A DNA stretch of 54,709 nt, the filler included, from Jimgerdemannia flammicorona (lineage: Eukaryota), in the NCBI GenBank assembly GCA_003990765.1. It is 3 parts of 3 records of this genome, joined end to end, with 100 filler letters (N's around TTAATTAATTAA, not from the genome) between each part and the next. Parts side by side here need not be neighbours in the genome. Positions count along the whole stretch, not along the records: positions 18,274 to 36,445 come from RBNJ01002279.1; positions 36,546 to 54,709 come from RBNJ01002280.1; 1 more part is not named here. The stretch is one strand, 5' to 3'. The notes beneath the pieces were generated by a model, which was given only the letters and a program-made list of their open reading frames with translations, was not told the DNA's origin and did not search any database. Positions 23,779 to 36,776 of the stretch are shown here, in pieces; position 1 is the first letter of the stretch; the number at the start of each line of letters is the position of its first letter. Made by a program: the position numbers and the translations under genes.

Positions 23779-25197
23779 TTACGTGTCTCCATCTGCGCCA
23801 GGAATCGTATCAATAATCCTAATCATGGTCGACTCCTCCGCGAATTCGTCCTCAACCACCCCATCTACTTCATTATCCCGCTTCCCAACCCACCCTCCGT
23901 TCATTTCCACTTCCCTCCTGGCCTTCTCAGTCCCCTCTTCTCCGACAACAAACGTCCACCAATTAGCATGCGTCCTCCTCGCGACCTGCTCACACCCCCA
24001 CCCCCTAGCCTTGGCAACCCTCTCACAGATAGCTTTCATCATGGGATCGACCCCTTGAGGCGAGTTAAAGTCAGATTCCAGGAGCAGACGGTCGTCGAGG
24101 ACAGCGCAGATAAGATCGTCGAGCCGTGGACCGAGCCGGTCGTTGATGGCGACAGAGAAGGAGAAATAGCACCGGACGATGGAGGGCGGAAGGCTGAGAA
24201 GCGATCGGATCATGTCAACGGAGCCGCCGTATGAGTGCACGCAGATGCGGAGCGGTGGGTGTGGGACGGATGAAGACGCCGACGTCGATGTGGACGGTTT
24301 TGCTTGCGCCTGTCCGTCGTCATTAACTTCCTTCTGTTTCTTCCCCTTTCCGCGCTTCTTCCCACCTCCCGCGCTACCCCACTCCTTTGTCTTCTCCTTC
24401 AACAGTTCCAAAAGCCCACCATACGCCTGCACGCAATGAACGCTCGCCGCCCTCTGAATTTCCCATGCCAGATCCAGTTGCGCGCCCAGTACCGCCATCT
24501 GATGCTCTTGAGAGCATCGGACGGAGGTAGGCACAATACCAGCCCAGTGGTCCGCGCCGGGAGGCAGGAGGCGTGCGGATCGGTCGAGGCCCACCTCTCC
24601 GACGATGGCATACGGGTGAGCGAGCAGGTTCTGGCGGAGTCGGGCGGACCAGTCGGGAAAGGGTGTTGGGTCCGGGAGTGTAGGGATCAGGGTGGCAATG
24701 TCGGCAGGTGAATTGGAGGTCAGGATGTTCGCATAACGGGTGTCGTGGTTGTAGTCGGCGGAGGTGGATTGGGGTTCGGTGGGAGAGCAGACGGTGTGGA
24801 CGAACCACGGGTGGACGCCTGTGAGTTTGGGAAAACGTGCGGGGATTCGGAGGTCAAAAACTATATTGAGCCTCTTAACGACCAAAATCATCAAGCCTCA
24901 CAACTACCAAACAAAACCCCGCGCCCACTCACCAAAGCAAGGCACGGCCTTCCCCACGTCACCGACCCTCCAGGCCTCTCCACACAACCGCACTACTTGT
25001 TCCACAACGCCCCAATCCGCTTCTCGTACACCCATGACGGTAACGTGACCGACTTTGAGCTGCGGGATGGTGGCCAGGTTGTCGATGTCGTCGTGCGGGT
25101 GGCAGTGTGCATCGCAGAGTAGTGGATACAGCGAGTCGTCAAAAGGTGTCTGCGCTATCTCGGCTAGCGAGGGATACGGGCGGAGAGAAGAAGACAT
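23779..25197 (-). CDS. tatD: TatD-family metal-dependent DNase (Scn1-like); intron 24819-24932
   Basis: DAHCH, FGVHPW across a GT-AG intron, GEVGLD, SVHCV, VHSYGG, LLESD. Confidence 0.92.
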
Positions 25198-25289
25198 TTT
25201 GGATCAATCCACGGCTTTCGGATACATAATATGAAATAGAAATAGTAGCGGGCATATATGTAATATATACAAATGTTTTCTCAAATCGA

Positions 25290-27153
25290 CTACATACCAT
25301 CCGCCGCCAAGGCCGTCACAAATTCGGCCGACTTCTCTTCTCGTCCACTCTTACCCTCACTCTCACCATCAATTATCGCCGTCACAGCCCCCTCCTGATC
25401 AAACGCGGTGGCCCTCATCTCCTTGACGCGCACCAATTCTACCCCCTCTCCAACCACCTTGGGATCCCTAAACGCTTCCACCAGCTCATTCAGCACCTTC
25501 TTGACGGTCGTTATATCAGGCCTTTTCTCTGGATCCGCATCCCAGCAGGCTTGATATAGTTCCGCATATTTTTTGGGTGTCCCATCGACGACATGCTCGC
25601 GAACGCCAGACATGATGTCAAAGGCAAGCGGGATGTCGTTCTGTCCGCCAAAGGGGCGATGCACCGACGAAATTTCCCAAAGGATCACGCCGAGAGAGTA
25701 GATGTCGCAGCAATCGTCGTAACGGTAGGATGGCGTGCGCAGACGCTCTGGCGCCGTATAGGCCACGATGCCGTAGACGGTCATGCTCTGCTCAGATAGG
25801 GCGACAGACTCGGTGCGTGAGAGGCCGAAGTCCGTGATCATAGGGGCGCCGTTGAGGTCGATGAGGATGTTGCCCTGGATGGAAGAGGAGGGGGTTGATA
25901 TAATGAAATCATTTTGTGCGAGCCGAGCATTCGACCAATACTGATATCCTAGACCTTACATACGCTATGGAAATCACGATGGAATATTCTTTCCCGATGT
26001 ATGAACGATAGCCCCGTCGCGATCTGCTGCGCAAGTCTGAGTCTGTCGTACCAGGACATGACCGACCCATGGGACGTGATGTACTCGCGCAGGTTTCCGT
26101 TGTGCGCGTATTTCATGACCATGCCAAGCGTGCCCTCAGGATCCTTAGTCACGCCATGAAACTTTACGATCTGTAGGGTTAAGAAGGGTGGATTTTATTC
26201 AAAGATCTCGCGCGTGATATTTGATGCAGAAACGAGGAAATCTCAAAATACCTACGTAATCTCCATCATGAACCCGCGTATGCAGCATAACCTCATCGAC
26301 AAAATCCTTCTGATCAAACAACTGCTTCAACACAACATCACTGTCATCCCACAGCGCTGTAGAAACGATTCCAAACCCTCCCTTCTTCAAAAACTTGGTC
26401 ACTTTCAAACTCTCATACGGTATCAGCCTAATATGGTGATGTTCGATCGCCAGTTCAAGCCACCGCGTCCTCTCTTGATCGGGCGTGAGCTTGGCCCTTC
26501 TAATTTCCTCGAGCGCGGCGAGCTCTTCCTCGACGCCCTGCTTGAGCTGGCGGAGGAGCTGCTCCTGCGCGACAAGGTCGAGGGCGCGTTGCACACGATG
26601 CGGTGTGAAGGCCAGGGCGAGCTGGGCGAGGGATTGATCAAGCCGCCGATTGAAGTCGGTGAGTTTTTGGGATGTCTGGAGCTGTTGGCCAGCCGCGAAG
26701 GAAGGCTTCGACAACAGGGGTTGCGGGTGCCATTGCATTTGGATCCAGCTGGTCATGTCACGGATGACGGCTGGTTGAGGATAATACGTGAGATTGAAAG
26801 AAATATGCACAATGAGATTCCTTTTGCTCTGCAGCTTTGCGAGACATTTAACGGATCAAAAATACTCTATAATACCCACTCTTCAATCCCACAAACGCCT
26901 CCAGCCCCGCCTTCAGATCGAATTTCTGCCCGGCCGTCTCGGGCTGCTCCTTCACAGCCTCGATATACTGCTGTATAGTCTCGGTGACCTGCTTGGCCCG
27001 CAACGCGAGGGCCATGCACTGCCCCTGCCAGTTCTTTGCCATCTTGGCCAGCTGCTCCATGTGTAAGCCTGAGTTGCGCACGCCTTTGGCGATGTCTTCG
27101 ATTGCGGCGACGGCTTCCAGGGGGTTCTCGGGTGGTTCGTGTTGGTCGGACAT
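25290..27153 (-). CDS. TKL-type protein kinase with N-terminal MLKL-like four-helix bundle; introns 26771-26879, 26171-26255, 25875-25963
   Basis: Spliced frame is open: KGGFG, VVLK, HRDFHSGN, DFG, APE, DIYSLG. The N-terminal helical domain resembles the MLKL N-terminal domain. Confidence 0.9.
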
Positions 27154-27631
27154 TGTGTGGGTGGTGTGGGTGGGAAGAGGAGGAGCGCAGAGCGACACCT
27201 AGCAGTCTCGAGGCCCATTTATGGGCATAATTAAGTTTGCGCGTCGCATCCGCGGTGGGCGAGGTCCTTCGAGGGATATACCATGTGCAAAGGGGTCATC
27301 ATATCGGATATTAGAATTGCCGCCCGTGTGAAATCTATTTCAAGCATAATTGTTCCTCCACTTGCGTCACGACGTTCTCAACGGGCGACGAATAGGAGAT
27401 TGGAGCCCATTTCCATTAAAAAATGTTTACTATGTACAAATCCATAAAAATGCGGAACAGGATCCTACTACACAGTTTGTACAAACTGTCATGCGGCCCT
27501 CCTCCTTCGAGCGCTCTGCTACGACCAACCACAATTCGCCAACATCTGACTATCAAACCAACCCCTCAAATCACCCTTTGACATTCTCAGCACTCTGAGC
27601 TTCTCCGCCTGAATGACACAACCCCCCCCCT

Positions 27632-28916
27632 TCACAACTCCCACTCCTCAAAGTTAAGTGCCCCGGTCTTCATCGACGCCAGTGGGTCGATTGTCTCTAG
27701 TTCCTCCCGGATAGCATTCCGCGCCAGCGCGTCCAGCTCCTTGGTAATGAGGGAGATGATTTTCTATTGTTGTGGTGAGTTGAGAAGTATGAAAACGAAC
27801 CAATGCCAGTGGAGAGATGAGAGTGGTATCAGAAATCTATCGTTGAATTATCCTCCCCTCAAAAAAAAAAAGGAAAAAATCGTAATTCTACCAATCTTTC
27901 TCACCCTCACCTCCCAACTTCCCTTTTCCCCGTACGTTTCCCGCATCCACCAAAAGCTCCCCTAATTGCAACCCACCCAACACCACTACGCCACGCAACT
28001 CACCTTAAACCTCCCATCAATCTTGAGTACCAATTCGCAGAACGGTTGCGTGCATACGCCACCATTCGTGTTCATGAGCAGCTTGTGATAAACCTCGCAC
28101 AAAATGTCGCACAGCGTGAAGAAGGTCTGAATGTAGTCCAACTCGAAGGGCTAGAAGTAAAGGACCGGAGCGGTTAGGGGCCGGAACTGGGGTCTGGGAA
28201 AATGGGGTAAAATTATCGAGGAGAGAAGCAAATAAAACCCAAGGGCGAGAAATGCGTACCACGTTGGTAGTGACCAGGTGCGTGTATTCACCTGTCTCAA
28301 CGTAAGCGTGGTCGTCCTTCGATCTGGATTTGCGGAAGAGGTTTTTCTGGCGACGGCCATGCAAAACACATCAATGAACATACTGAAACAGGGAAGGCAT
28401 ATCATAACAATGCGCACCCACCATCTTGGGCTTGGAGTGGTCGCTGGTGTGATACTCAAACTCCTGCAGCAACAAGCTCAGCGCCTTTACATAGTCCGGC
28501 GGGTTGGAGACGTCGAGAATCGGTGCGAGGGACGTGCCAAGGATGTAGAAATTGTGCGTTCTACGGAGGCCGGGCAAGCGGTTAAGAGGGTGTTTTTTTA
28601 TACTGAATCTACACTACGTCAACTTCACACCTCCTCCCACGTACCACCAGCCAGCACCGTTTTCCACCCACCTCTTCCGCATCTTCGCGTTCTGGTACAT
28701 TTTGGTCAGGTCCTCCCTGCCCAGTAGCACGGTATTAAACCAGTGAGTCGACCCCTCGTGGGCGCGCCGGAGGTAGTTGATGGTGGCGATACGTTTATGG
28801 ACTAACTCGGTCAGAAACTCGTAGGCGGTATCCTGGGGTCCAAAGGATGTGGCAGCCATGTCTGTGTGGGGAGATGGGACAGAGGTCGAGTGTGGACGAG
28901 ATGAGACGTGAGACAT
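27632..28916 (-). CDS. Multi-exon conserved hypothetical fungal protein (5' end uncertain)
   Basis: Exons flanked by GT-AG join into KRIATINYLRRAHEG..WFNT, PFELDYIQTFFTLCDIL..Y.KL, KID.RFKKII, ending at TGA 27632. Confidence 0.8.
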
Positions 28917-29190
28917 GTTTTACCAGGGACACGTGATCTATCTCTCGAAATGGACTCTTTATCAGCATGAACTATCACCGTCTCCCCCAGAGAAGCGAGT
29001 CACAACGTACAAAGTAATATTACATAGGATCTGTCTATGAACATCCCGGGTTTCAAAACTGAATGTGGCATATATATGTCTACAATTACACACTGGAAAA
29101 AAACATTTTTCTAATTGACGACTGGACCTCACACCCGCCTTTCCTTCCTCTCATCCTCCAGGTTTCATCCCTCCTGATTCGATGTCACTT

Positions 29191-32107
29191 CTACTTCAAC
29201 TTATACATACCCCCTCCAAATTCCAACCGATTCTCTCTGATCATTAGCGCCAAGAATGCCCTCAGTTCCTCCGCCGATCGACTGTACTGCGTTGGCGATT
29301 GGACGAACATGGTCATCATGCCCTGAATTTTGTCCAGCGACTGCGGTCCAAAATTCGTTAGGAAGTTCTGTACGAACAACCAGTAGATGCGCATCTCCTC
29401 CGCCTCCTTCTCCTGGGCGGACTGAAGCGCTGACGAGGAAGCTTCTCCGTCCGTGGCATCGGTGGGATCTGTGACAGGGTAGGTGGGGAAGGGAGAAGAT
29501 GTGAGTAGTGGGTTCTGTCTGATATTTACGTGACACGGAGGATGAGAGCAACCATACCAGCTGTTGTTGCCGCCGCTTCTGCGGTCTCCAATAACACGTA
29601 TGTGTCCTTGCCGTCTTCCTTTAATATGCCTTGGCTGACCCAGAACCCCATCCGCCGTTTTACTTGTGCTGGCGGCATCTTGAGGGTTTCGGCGAGCTCA
29701 CCAATCGTCAGAGTATCTTTATTATTGATGAAAACCAAATTGATCAGAAAAACCCTCAGTTCAACCGCCATGCGCTACGGCAAAAGCGCCATCCTGTAGA
29801 CGCCCTCATATTACATACCTTTCTCCTCAAAACAATGAATTATCGACGCATGTACGGGCGACACGTTGAACTCAAGCGTCCTGTCCTGCAGCTGGAGTTC
29901 AAGCTTGACGTTGCCGAGGTGGGGCAACCAACTGAGCTTGCGCGCTGGTTTGAGGACTTCGAAGGATTTTTCGTAATCCGACATCCACCTGATAAACCAT
30001 GATGGAAGGGATAAGTGACGGGAAAAGCGTCAGGCTCCAATATGTACAAGAATGACAATAAGCAACATTCAAGAGGAGAGATCACCTACTTTTGGAACGG
30101 CTCCGGGACCTGCATCTCCTCCGCCCGGAAGCTTGGCCAGAATAGCCTTGACAAGACGATGCTGTGCAGCGGCGCCTATATGATTGCGTTCAAAATATAG
30201 CAATAAATGGCGATTAATGAAAATCTCAAAATGGCATTGTGCATCATTCCATCATTTTCAGCACCCATCCTTCTTCTCTCGAATAAATAAATAAATAAAA
30301 GACAACGCACATTATTCGGAAATTCCTTATCCTTATGCACATGGGCATCAATCCTCTTCGAATCGGCGATATCCTTGATCATGACCTCGCACGTCTGGAA
30401 GCTGCTCTCACCGAACCGTAATTTGAGCAGCTCCAAGTTGCGGACCTCGCGTTCCGTGTCGTAGTCGGCCACGGCCATTAACCGATCGGCGAGCAAGACC
30501 TGGAACTCCTTGATAAATACGTCCTTGGTGTCGTAGATGTTGACGAGCATGCTGATGATGTCTGCCGAGTGTTTGCTGGTCGACTTGTAATCTACAATAT
30601 TCATGGACGAGGCGGAGACAGATATCGGGTTAATGATTGGTCATCTTGAGTAAACAATAGAGCCCAATCATAAGACCCCCTAAAGTCGAGAGAACATACT
30701 CGGTCCAGCATCCACGGGATCAGGCATCCAATTGTCATCGTTGAAATCTTCCACGTCGTCGTCCGCTAGCTGAATCGGCTCACCCGCCAGATCCTCCAAC
30801 AACTCGTTGCGGCCGTCATCGACCAGAATGGTGACGATGCACCGGATCGTATCGTCGCGGGTCCTGTGAAGCATACGTAAATCATCCCATGCCGTGTAAA
30901 CATCAAAATTTACTGTGCCTGAAACCGAGATCTATACATAATAATAACATGAGATGGAACCAACAAACTCTCTTGCCTGAGATATGTCCTTATAGGGCTT
31001 GTCACATGCTCAAGCAACACCCGCGACGGATCAAGAATGCGCAAACATTTGATGCACGAGATGTAGTGCGACAGAATATCGGTGGTGTTGGCACCCGGAT
31101 GAAGCAAACGGCGCTGTAGGCTGCCAGGCCAAAATTGAAGGTCCGAGTAAGTCGCGTATCCATCGGGTCATTGGAAACCGCGCGGTAAATCGCTGTACTC
31201 ACGCGTTCCGTAGCGATTCGAGCAACTGCTGCTTCTGATCAGTTTTGGACATGCACTCCTTTCAGATGCAAGGTGGTATTGATCAGTTGGGGAGCTCATA
31301 AAGAATGAATTCGACCATGCAAATAATAACGTACCCAAGAGCGACACAACTCATGCATAAATAACGACACAAAGTCCGTAGTTTACCTTCAACTCATCTA
31401 TCGCACATGTCGAGTCGGGGTACTCGACGATGATGTCGAATAGCTCTGATATCCTAAACACAAATGGGTGTGTTCACCAGAGAGGAGCAATAAAATTGAG
31501 CCGGATATTCCGAACCGAGCCATTTTCTCACCACAGGTTGCATATTCGGAAACTCACCCGCCCATCCGACTCGCCCGTGACGCTCACCTCAATTCACCAA
31601 AAGTTTTGTAGAGATGATATTCGAGACGCGTCTTCCACTGCAAGAAACTATCCCATTTCTCGGACATATTCGCTAGGTTGAGGTTTCCAACAAAATATGA
31701 ATGATATATCAACTTCGTTAATTCCAAGCTGCCTGATTAGATTGATAATAACAGAACCGCGATGCCTTTCTGAAAGACACCAAACATAAAACCCCTTACC
31801 TCCGCCACTCTCCTGGCAAATCACCAAACTCAACCATGCTAGCACCACCCCGCGCATCCATCTTAACCCTCTGCCCAACAGCGCCGGCTCGTCAAACCTC
31901 CCACAGAATCCCCGCCGAACCTTCTCCTCGATCTCACCATACAGGATCTCGGTGAATATGCCCTCCGTCCTCACAACGAGACCCAGCGCGTCCATCCTTG
32001 TACACAGTAACACGAAGGCCCGCACCCGCGTGACGAGGTCCTTGACGACGGTGGCGCCTTCTTCGTCGTCCTGCCCATCGCTCTCCGTAATCTCGTCGTC
32101 GTCGTCG

Positions 32108-32139
<32 letters not shown>

Positions 32140-32458
32140 GTCCTCGTCGTCGCGGTCCATCGGCTCCGCCTCGACACCCTGATCTGTGACAAACAGGTCC
32201 ATGACGGCATGGTCGTTATTGATGAAGTGGGTATGCGAGAGATTGCGGAGCGCACGGCCTTTCATGGGAAGGGAAGGTGAGAAGAGGTCGGCGGTCGGGT
32301 GACCGGTGCGACGTTGGAGGCGGTAGAGGTGCTCAAAGGATTTGAAGGTGGTGCGGAAGAAATGGATAGCGATTTGGTTAAAAGAGGGTGGGAGGAGAGA
32401 TTGAATGAGAGATTGATATTGGCGGGTGTATGTGATGAAGATTTCCGGGCTGTTTGCG

Positions 32459-32492
<34 letters not shown>

Positions 32493-33310
32493 ATTGTTAG
32501 CTTAAATGCACGATGACGAAAATAAATCTGCAAGCCATGTCAAGTATCTACCCCCTTGTTCACCTGGCTTGAATCAACACGAGCGGCCGCTCGCACATCT
32601 TAAAATTGTCATACAACGTGTTCACCACGTCGCCGAAGGTGTAGTATACCCACTCCGGCAGGTCTTCTGGGGTGTCCTCTTGTCGCTGTGTATAGTTCGA
32701 TGGAAAGGCATTGTATGGCATTAATAAACTCAGCAATCCTCGCTAATCCGTGGAAGCAGCTACAAACCTTGAACTCCAGCGCCCAAGCTTCAAATCGTGG
32801 TCCATACGTTGCCGAAACGTAACCCAAGACTGAATCTGTTTGGCACAGGGGAAGGAGTGGTTAACCAATGCAGAAGCGAAATTTCATTTTATCGCCTGAT
32901 GCTTGTTATGACCTACCTAAGTACCATTCAACGATGCGTCCCACCAGCTGCGCTTCACGAAGGACCTGGACGTTGCCCAGGAGATCCTCCTGCAATCCTA
33001 GCATGGAATGAGACGAAACGAATCAAGTTTTGTCGCAAGGTTTGGACAAGATGGCGTGCCGACGGCTCGGAGCTTGTCTACCTTCGAGTTGCATGGTCTC
33101 TAACGTCGCGGGATTTAGGGCCGTCGTTACGTTCCTCCACGCCTGCAATAAAAAAAAAAATTCACAAAAGACCTTCAGCACTGCCTAGAACGACATCTTG
33201 ACAATTGAGCGGAAGCGACTTACTTTAGCGACGTTGAGTAAGCCTGCGACACCCTGTGTACCGCCGTTGAGTGTTTGATATGCGTTATTCCATGCAGTTC
33301 GGATTGTCAT
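29191..33310 (-). CDS. APC2: Anaphase-promoting complex subunit 2 (cullin-like), many introns; start inferred
   Basis: ELFDIIVEYPDS, RLLHPGANTTDIL, DTIRCIV, WMPDPVDA, LELLKLRFGE..CEVMIKDI, and C-terminal winged-helix YWLFVQNFLTN. Confidence 0.95.
32080..32152 (-). repeat. GAC/GAG repeat encoding a poly-Asp/Glu tract in APC2
   Basis: DDEDDEDEDEDEDDDDDDDE in frame. Confidence 0.85.
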
Positions 33311-33551
33311 TGTGCGATCTTGCTTAGGAACAAAAGTGCACGCGTTTGCTTCATGTCCTGGTCCCACGTGATATAAATATATAACAGTCGATGACGTCAT
33401 TGAAAATTCAAGTATATATATATAAAGAAGGTCCAAATCCGCAATAACAGCCTCAGGTACGTATGCTTTACAACCACACAAAACCAACGTTTAACGACCT
33501 AACGGTCATACACATCAGCTCCACCCATATTCTGCCGAAAAATCACCGCCC

Positions 33552-35888
33552 CTATCCATTCGTGCCCTGACATTTGCTTAGGAACTCGTCCACAACGCAG
33601 TCGGCTGCCTGCCCCGACGTCATCTCGCCGTCGAACACGCGGCGCTCGAGCTGCTCCGCCGTGTCCCGGACAACTGGGTCGCGGTTCAGCCGGTCCAAGA
33701 GTTCCGCCGTGATCTGCCGCCACATCCAGAGCCTACGCTGGTCGCCGCGCTTTTCATCGAGGAGGCCAGCGTTCTAGGGAGTGGGAGATGGAAAAAAGAG
33801 TCGGCGATAACAGAAAAGGAAGGTGTGGGATGGATGGAAGGATACGCAAAACCAATACGATACCATCATAACATTCTGGTACCCGCTCATGGCCTCCCAC
33901 GCCTTATCCATGCCACTCTGTTCCACCGACGATATTCGGAGGACCTATTCAGGAGATCCAAGCCCAGAGGTAGAATATACGAGTTAAAACCCATCCCTAA
34001 TCAAAGCCCCTCAACCCCAACCTCCGAACACCGACCTTTGGTCGCCACACAGCATTGGATGGCTGCAAGAATTTGAGGGCACTCATATATTCCATGGCTG
34101 CGGCGCGAGCTGCGTCTGCCAGAACGCCATCGGCCTTGTTCACGAGTACCAGGTCCGAAAGCTCAACGATACCCTTCTTGAGGCCCTGTTTGGCGCGGGA
34201 AGGGGGGAAAGTGGGATGAGTGGTGACCGTTTTAGTTTGTCAATTGGCGGCTCCCACGTTGAAGTGTTTCAGGACAGTAAAGAATGGGAAATGATATTCT
34301 TATCTAAGACGGCGGTCATAAAAAATGGGAGTGGAAAATTGATACAGATACCTGCAGCTCGTCACCGCCGGCCGGAGGTACAAGTAACACAAACCTAGTA
34401 AGCCAAGTTTACAATGTTGTGAGAACAGAAAATGTGGCACAATACAAGCAATTCGATACGAAAGTGGCGGAATGAAAGGTATTATAAAAAAGTCCTACAT
34501 ATCAACCATCTCTGCTACCATTGTCTCCGACTGGCCCACGCCGACGGTTTCCACCAGTGTGATATCATAGCCACCGGCTGTGAGAAGGATAGAAACCAGA
34601 ACGGGATTGTTGAATTGGGGCCGCCGATCGGGTCAATGTCCACTGTCGCCAAGGTAGGAGAAACTGGATGTTGTGGATACGTACCCTCGCACAAGATGAT
34701 GGCTTCGTTAGTGTTACGGGCAACCTGAAGAACGACGATGACCACCGGTTTTGATATTAGCTATCATCCCCTTGCCATCGTACGCCTCCATAACGGATGT
34801 GAGCTCGTCGATGACAGCCGCATACTTACACCACCTACACAAGCAAAAAGGACACAAACCGTGTTTCAGTAGAGGCATGGGAGCCATCGCACGGGCCAAA
34901 CAAAAGACAGTTCACTCTCTCCTCTATTTGCCGAACCCAGCATCGCGCTAGTCGAGACTCCCAAACTGCGGATAACAACACCTACCCAATGTTCCTCTGC
35001 TCGGCGACGGCCGCACGTACGCGTTGTCCTGTCGCGACAACTCAGTCATGCGCGTCTTGTCGCCCAGAATTGAGCCTCCAGTACGTGTGGAGGAAGGATC
35101 TACAGCCTTTGTGGGGCAAAATATGTTAGGTTACGAATCATTGGAGGCAAGACAACTTCAACAGAAGACATCTCTATTCAATTCGTCAAATCATATTCTA
35201 CACCATGCACAACCCAATTTCCGCCCATCTCAGATGCCAATACCAACTCACCAGTACCGCAACCTTATGTCCCTTCTGTAACAAGAACATGCCGAAAGCC
35301 TCGATGAAAGTCGACTTGCCCACGCCGGGTGATCCCGAGAGACCTATTCGGAAGGTTGATTTTAGTTCCACAAGGTGCCTCTTTTGGGATTCGAGGATCA
35401 GTGAGAGGAGCTGGTGCGCTTTCTGGCGATGATCTTGGCGGTAGGATTCAACTTTAGATGGTGGTGTTGGATGGGTTGAATGTATGGAACAATGATGCGG
35501 TTAGAGGTGTGATCGCGAACAGCGACGCATGGGAGGAAGGGCTTGATTAAAAAAAATAAAAATAAAAATAAAAATGTTGACATGTACCCAAAGTGATGGA
35601 TCTTGCGAGTGCATAACGATCGCCCTTAACGAGGGCGTTGTAGAGCTCGCGTATGTCGGCGGGGATGTCGGGGTGCGAAGGCGCCGCGCTCTGAGGCCGA
35701 AGGAGAGTTTCGCGGGTCACGGCGTTGAGTTCGAGATTGCGTATTACAAAGAAAGAGCATCATGGATGCGGGAAATGTACACACTAACGCCGCCACCTGG
35801 CGCTGCGCAAACCGGTGCACAGCTGGAGCGATGGATGGTCTTGCCTAGGTAATCGTGGCCGAGCGCGGACCGGAGAAGTTAAGGCCAT
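33552..35888 (-). CDS. MMAA: MMAA/MeaB GTPase (methylmalonyl-CoA mutase chaperone); 5' end uncertain
   Basis: [78 protein letters not shown]. Confidence 0.94.
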
Positions 35889-36445
35889 TGATTCGCGTCA
35901 TGACGTGACGTTAAGAGGCCGAACGGACAGACGGTACAGTTGATTCAGCGTACCGATTGGGCTGTAATTGTGCGCGTTGAAGGTAACAAGCGTTGTGTGA
36001 CGGTAGACCACATTGTTTCGGAGGCAGAGAAGAGATGGTAAATAGATCAGGTCGGCACAATTTTTTGGTCCATGTTCGAACTAATTATGATGTCACAAGA
36101 GGATTTGTGACTTTGTTTCGAGGGGGTGGAGCAGTCAGGCCACCCAACCAAGACAGATCATAGGACGGCTAAATGGTCTCATCAAAACTCACGCGCTCAT
36201 CGCCCTATGACCGAAACAACCTTCTTGATGAAATCCGTGAATGGTGTTATATGTAGGTTCCGAGAGAAATTGAGGAGCACAGATCGAAACATGAGGGATA
36301 AAGAAGAGTGACCGACGATCGATATGAACCAATAACAGAGGCCGACAAGAAAGAGACAGACAGAGAGACATAAAACGAACAAAACCGAAAGAAAAACAAA
36401 AAACGCGATACACATTTGATAAAATGGGAACAAAAAAAGAAAAAA

Positions 36446-36545
36446 NNNNNNNNNNNNNNNNNNNNNNNNNNNNNNNNNNNNNNNNNNNNTTAATTAATTA
36501 ANNNNNNNNNNNNNNNNNNNNNNNNNNNNNNNNNNNNNNNNNNNN
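36446..36545. other. Artificial contig spacer
   Basis: N run with TTAATTAATTAA. Confidence 0.98.
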
Positions 36546-36776
36546 GCTAGCAAACTTGTATAAATAACCCAGTATCTTCGAGTGAATAAACCTCAGATCG
36601 AAATAGTTCAAAGCAAAGAGATAGCAAAGGAACTAGTAAGCCTGCGGGCAGATACACTTCGAACTCACCCACCCTCCCCTGCAACTTCAAGAAGACTCTG
36701 CGAGAGTCAGAACAGTCAAGTTTTCAAGATACAGAAATCCAACGTACTTTCAAGAGTAAGTGTCCGCTACGTTACA
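36546..36776 (+). repeat. 3' part of a younger LTR related to the LTR at 40851-41315
   Basis: TATAAATA, AATAAA and a GTTACA end. CAAACTTGTATAAA..TGAATAAA is shared with 41069-41108, but this copy retains CpG. Confidence 0.55.

Noticed and set aside
34195..34330. Possible U12-type intron in MMAA (donor GTATCT)
   Set aside because: Lacks the GTATCCTT consensus; fits an ordinary GT-AG intron.
36126..36433. Short ORFs on both strands at the contig end
   Set aside because: Could be a terminal exon of a neighbouring gene, but there is no homology evidence.
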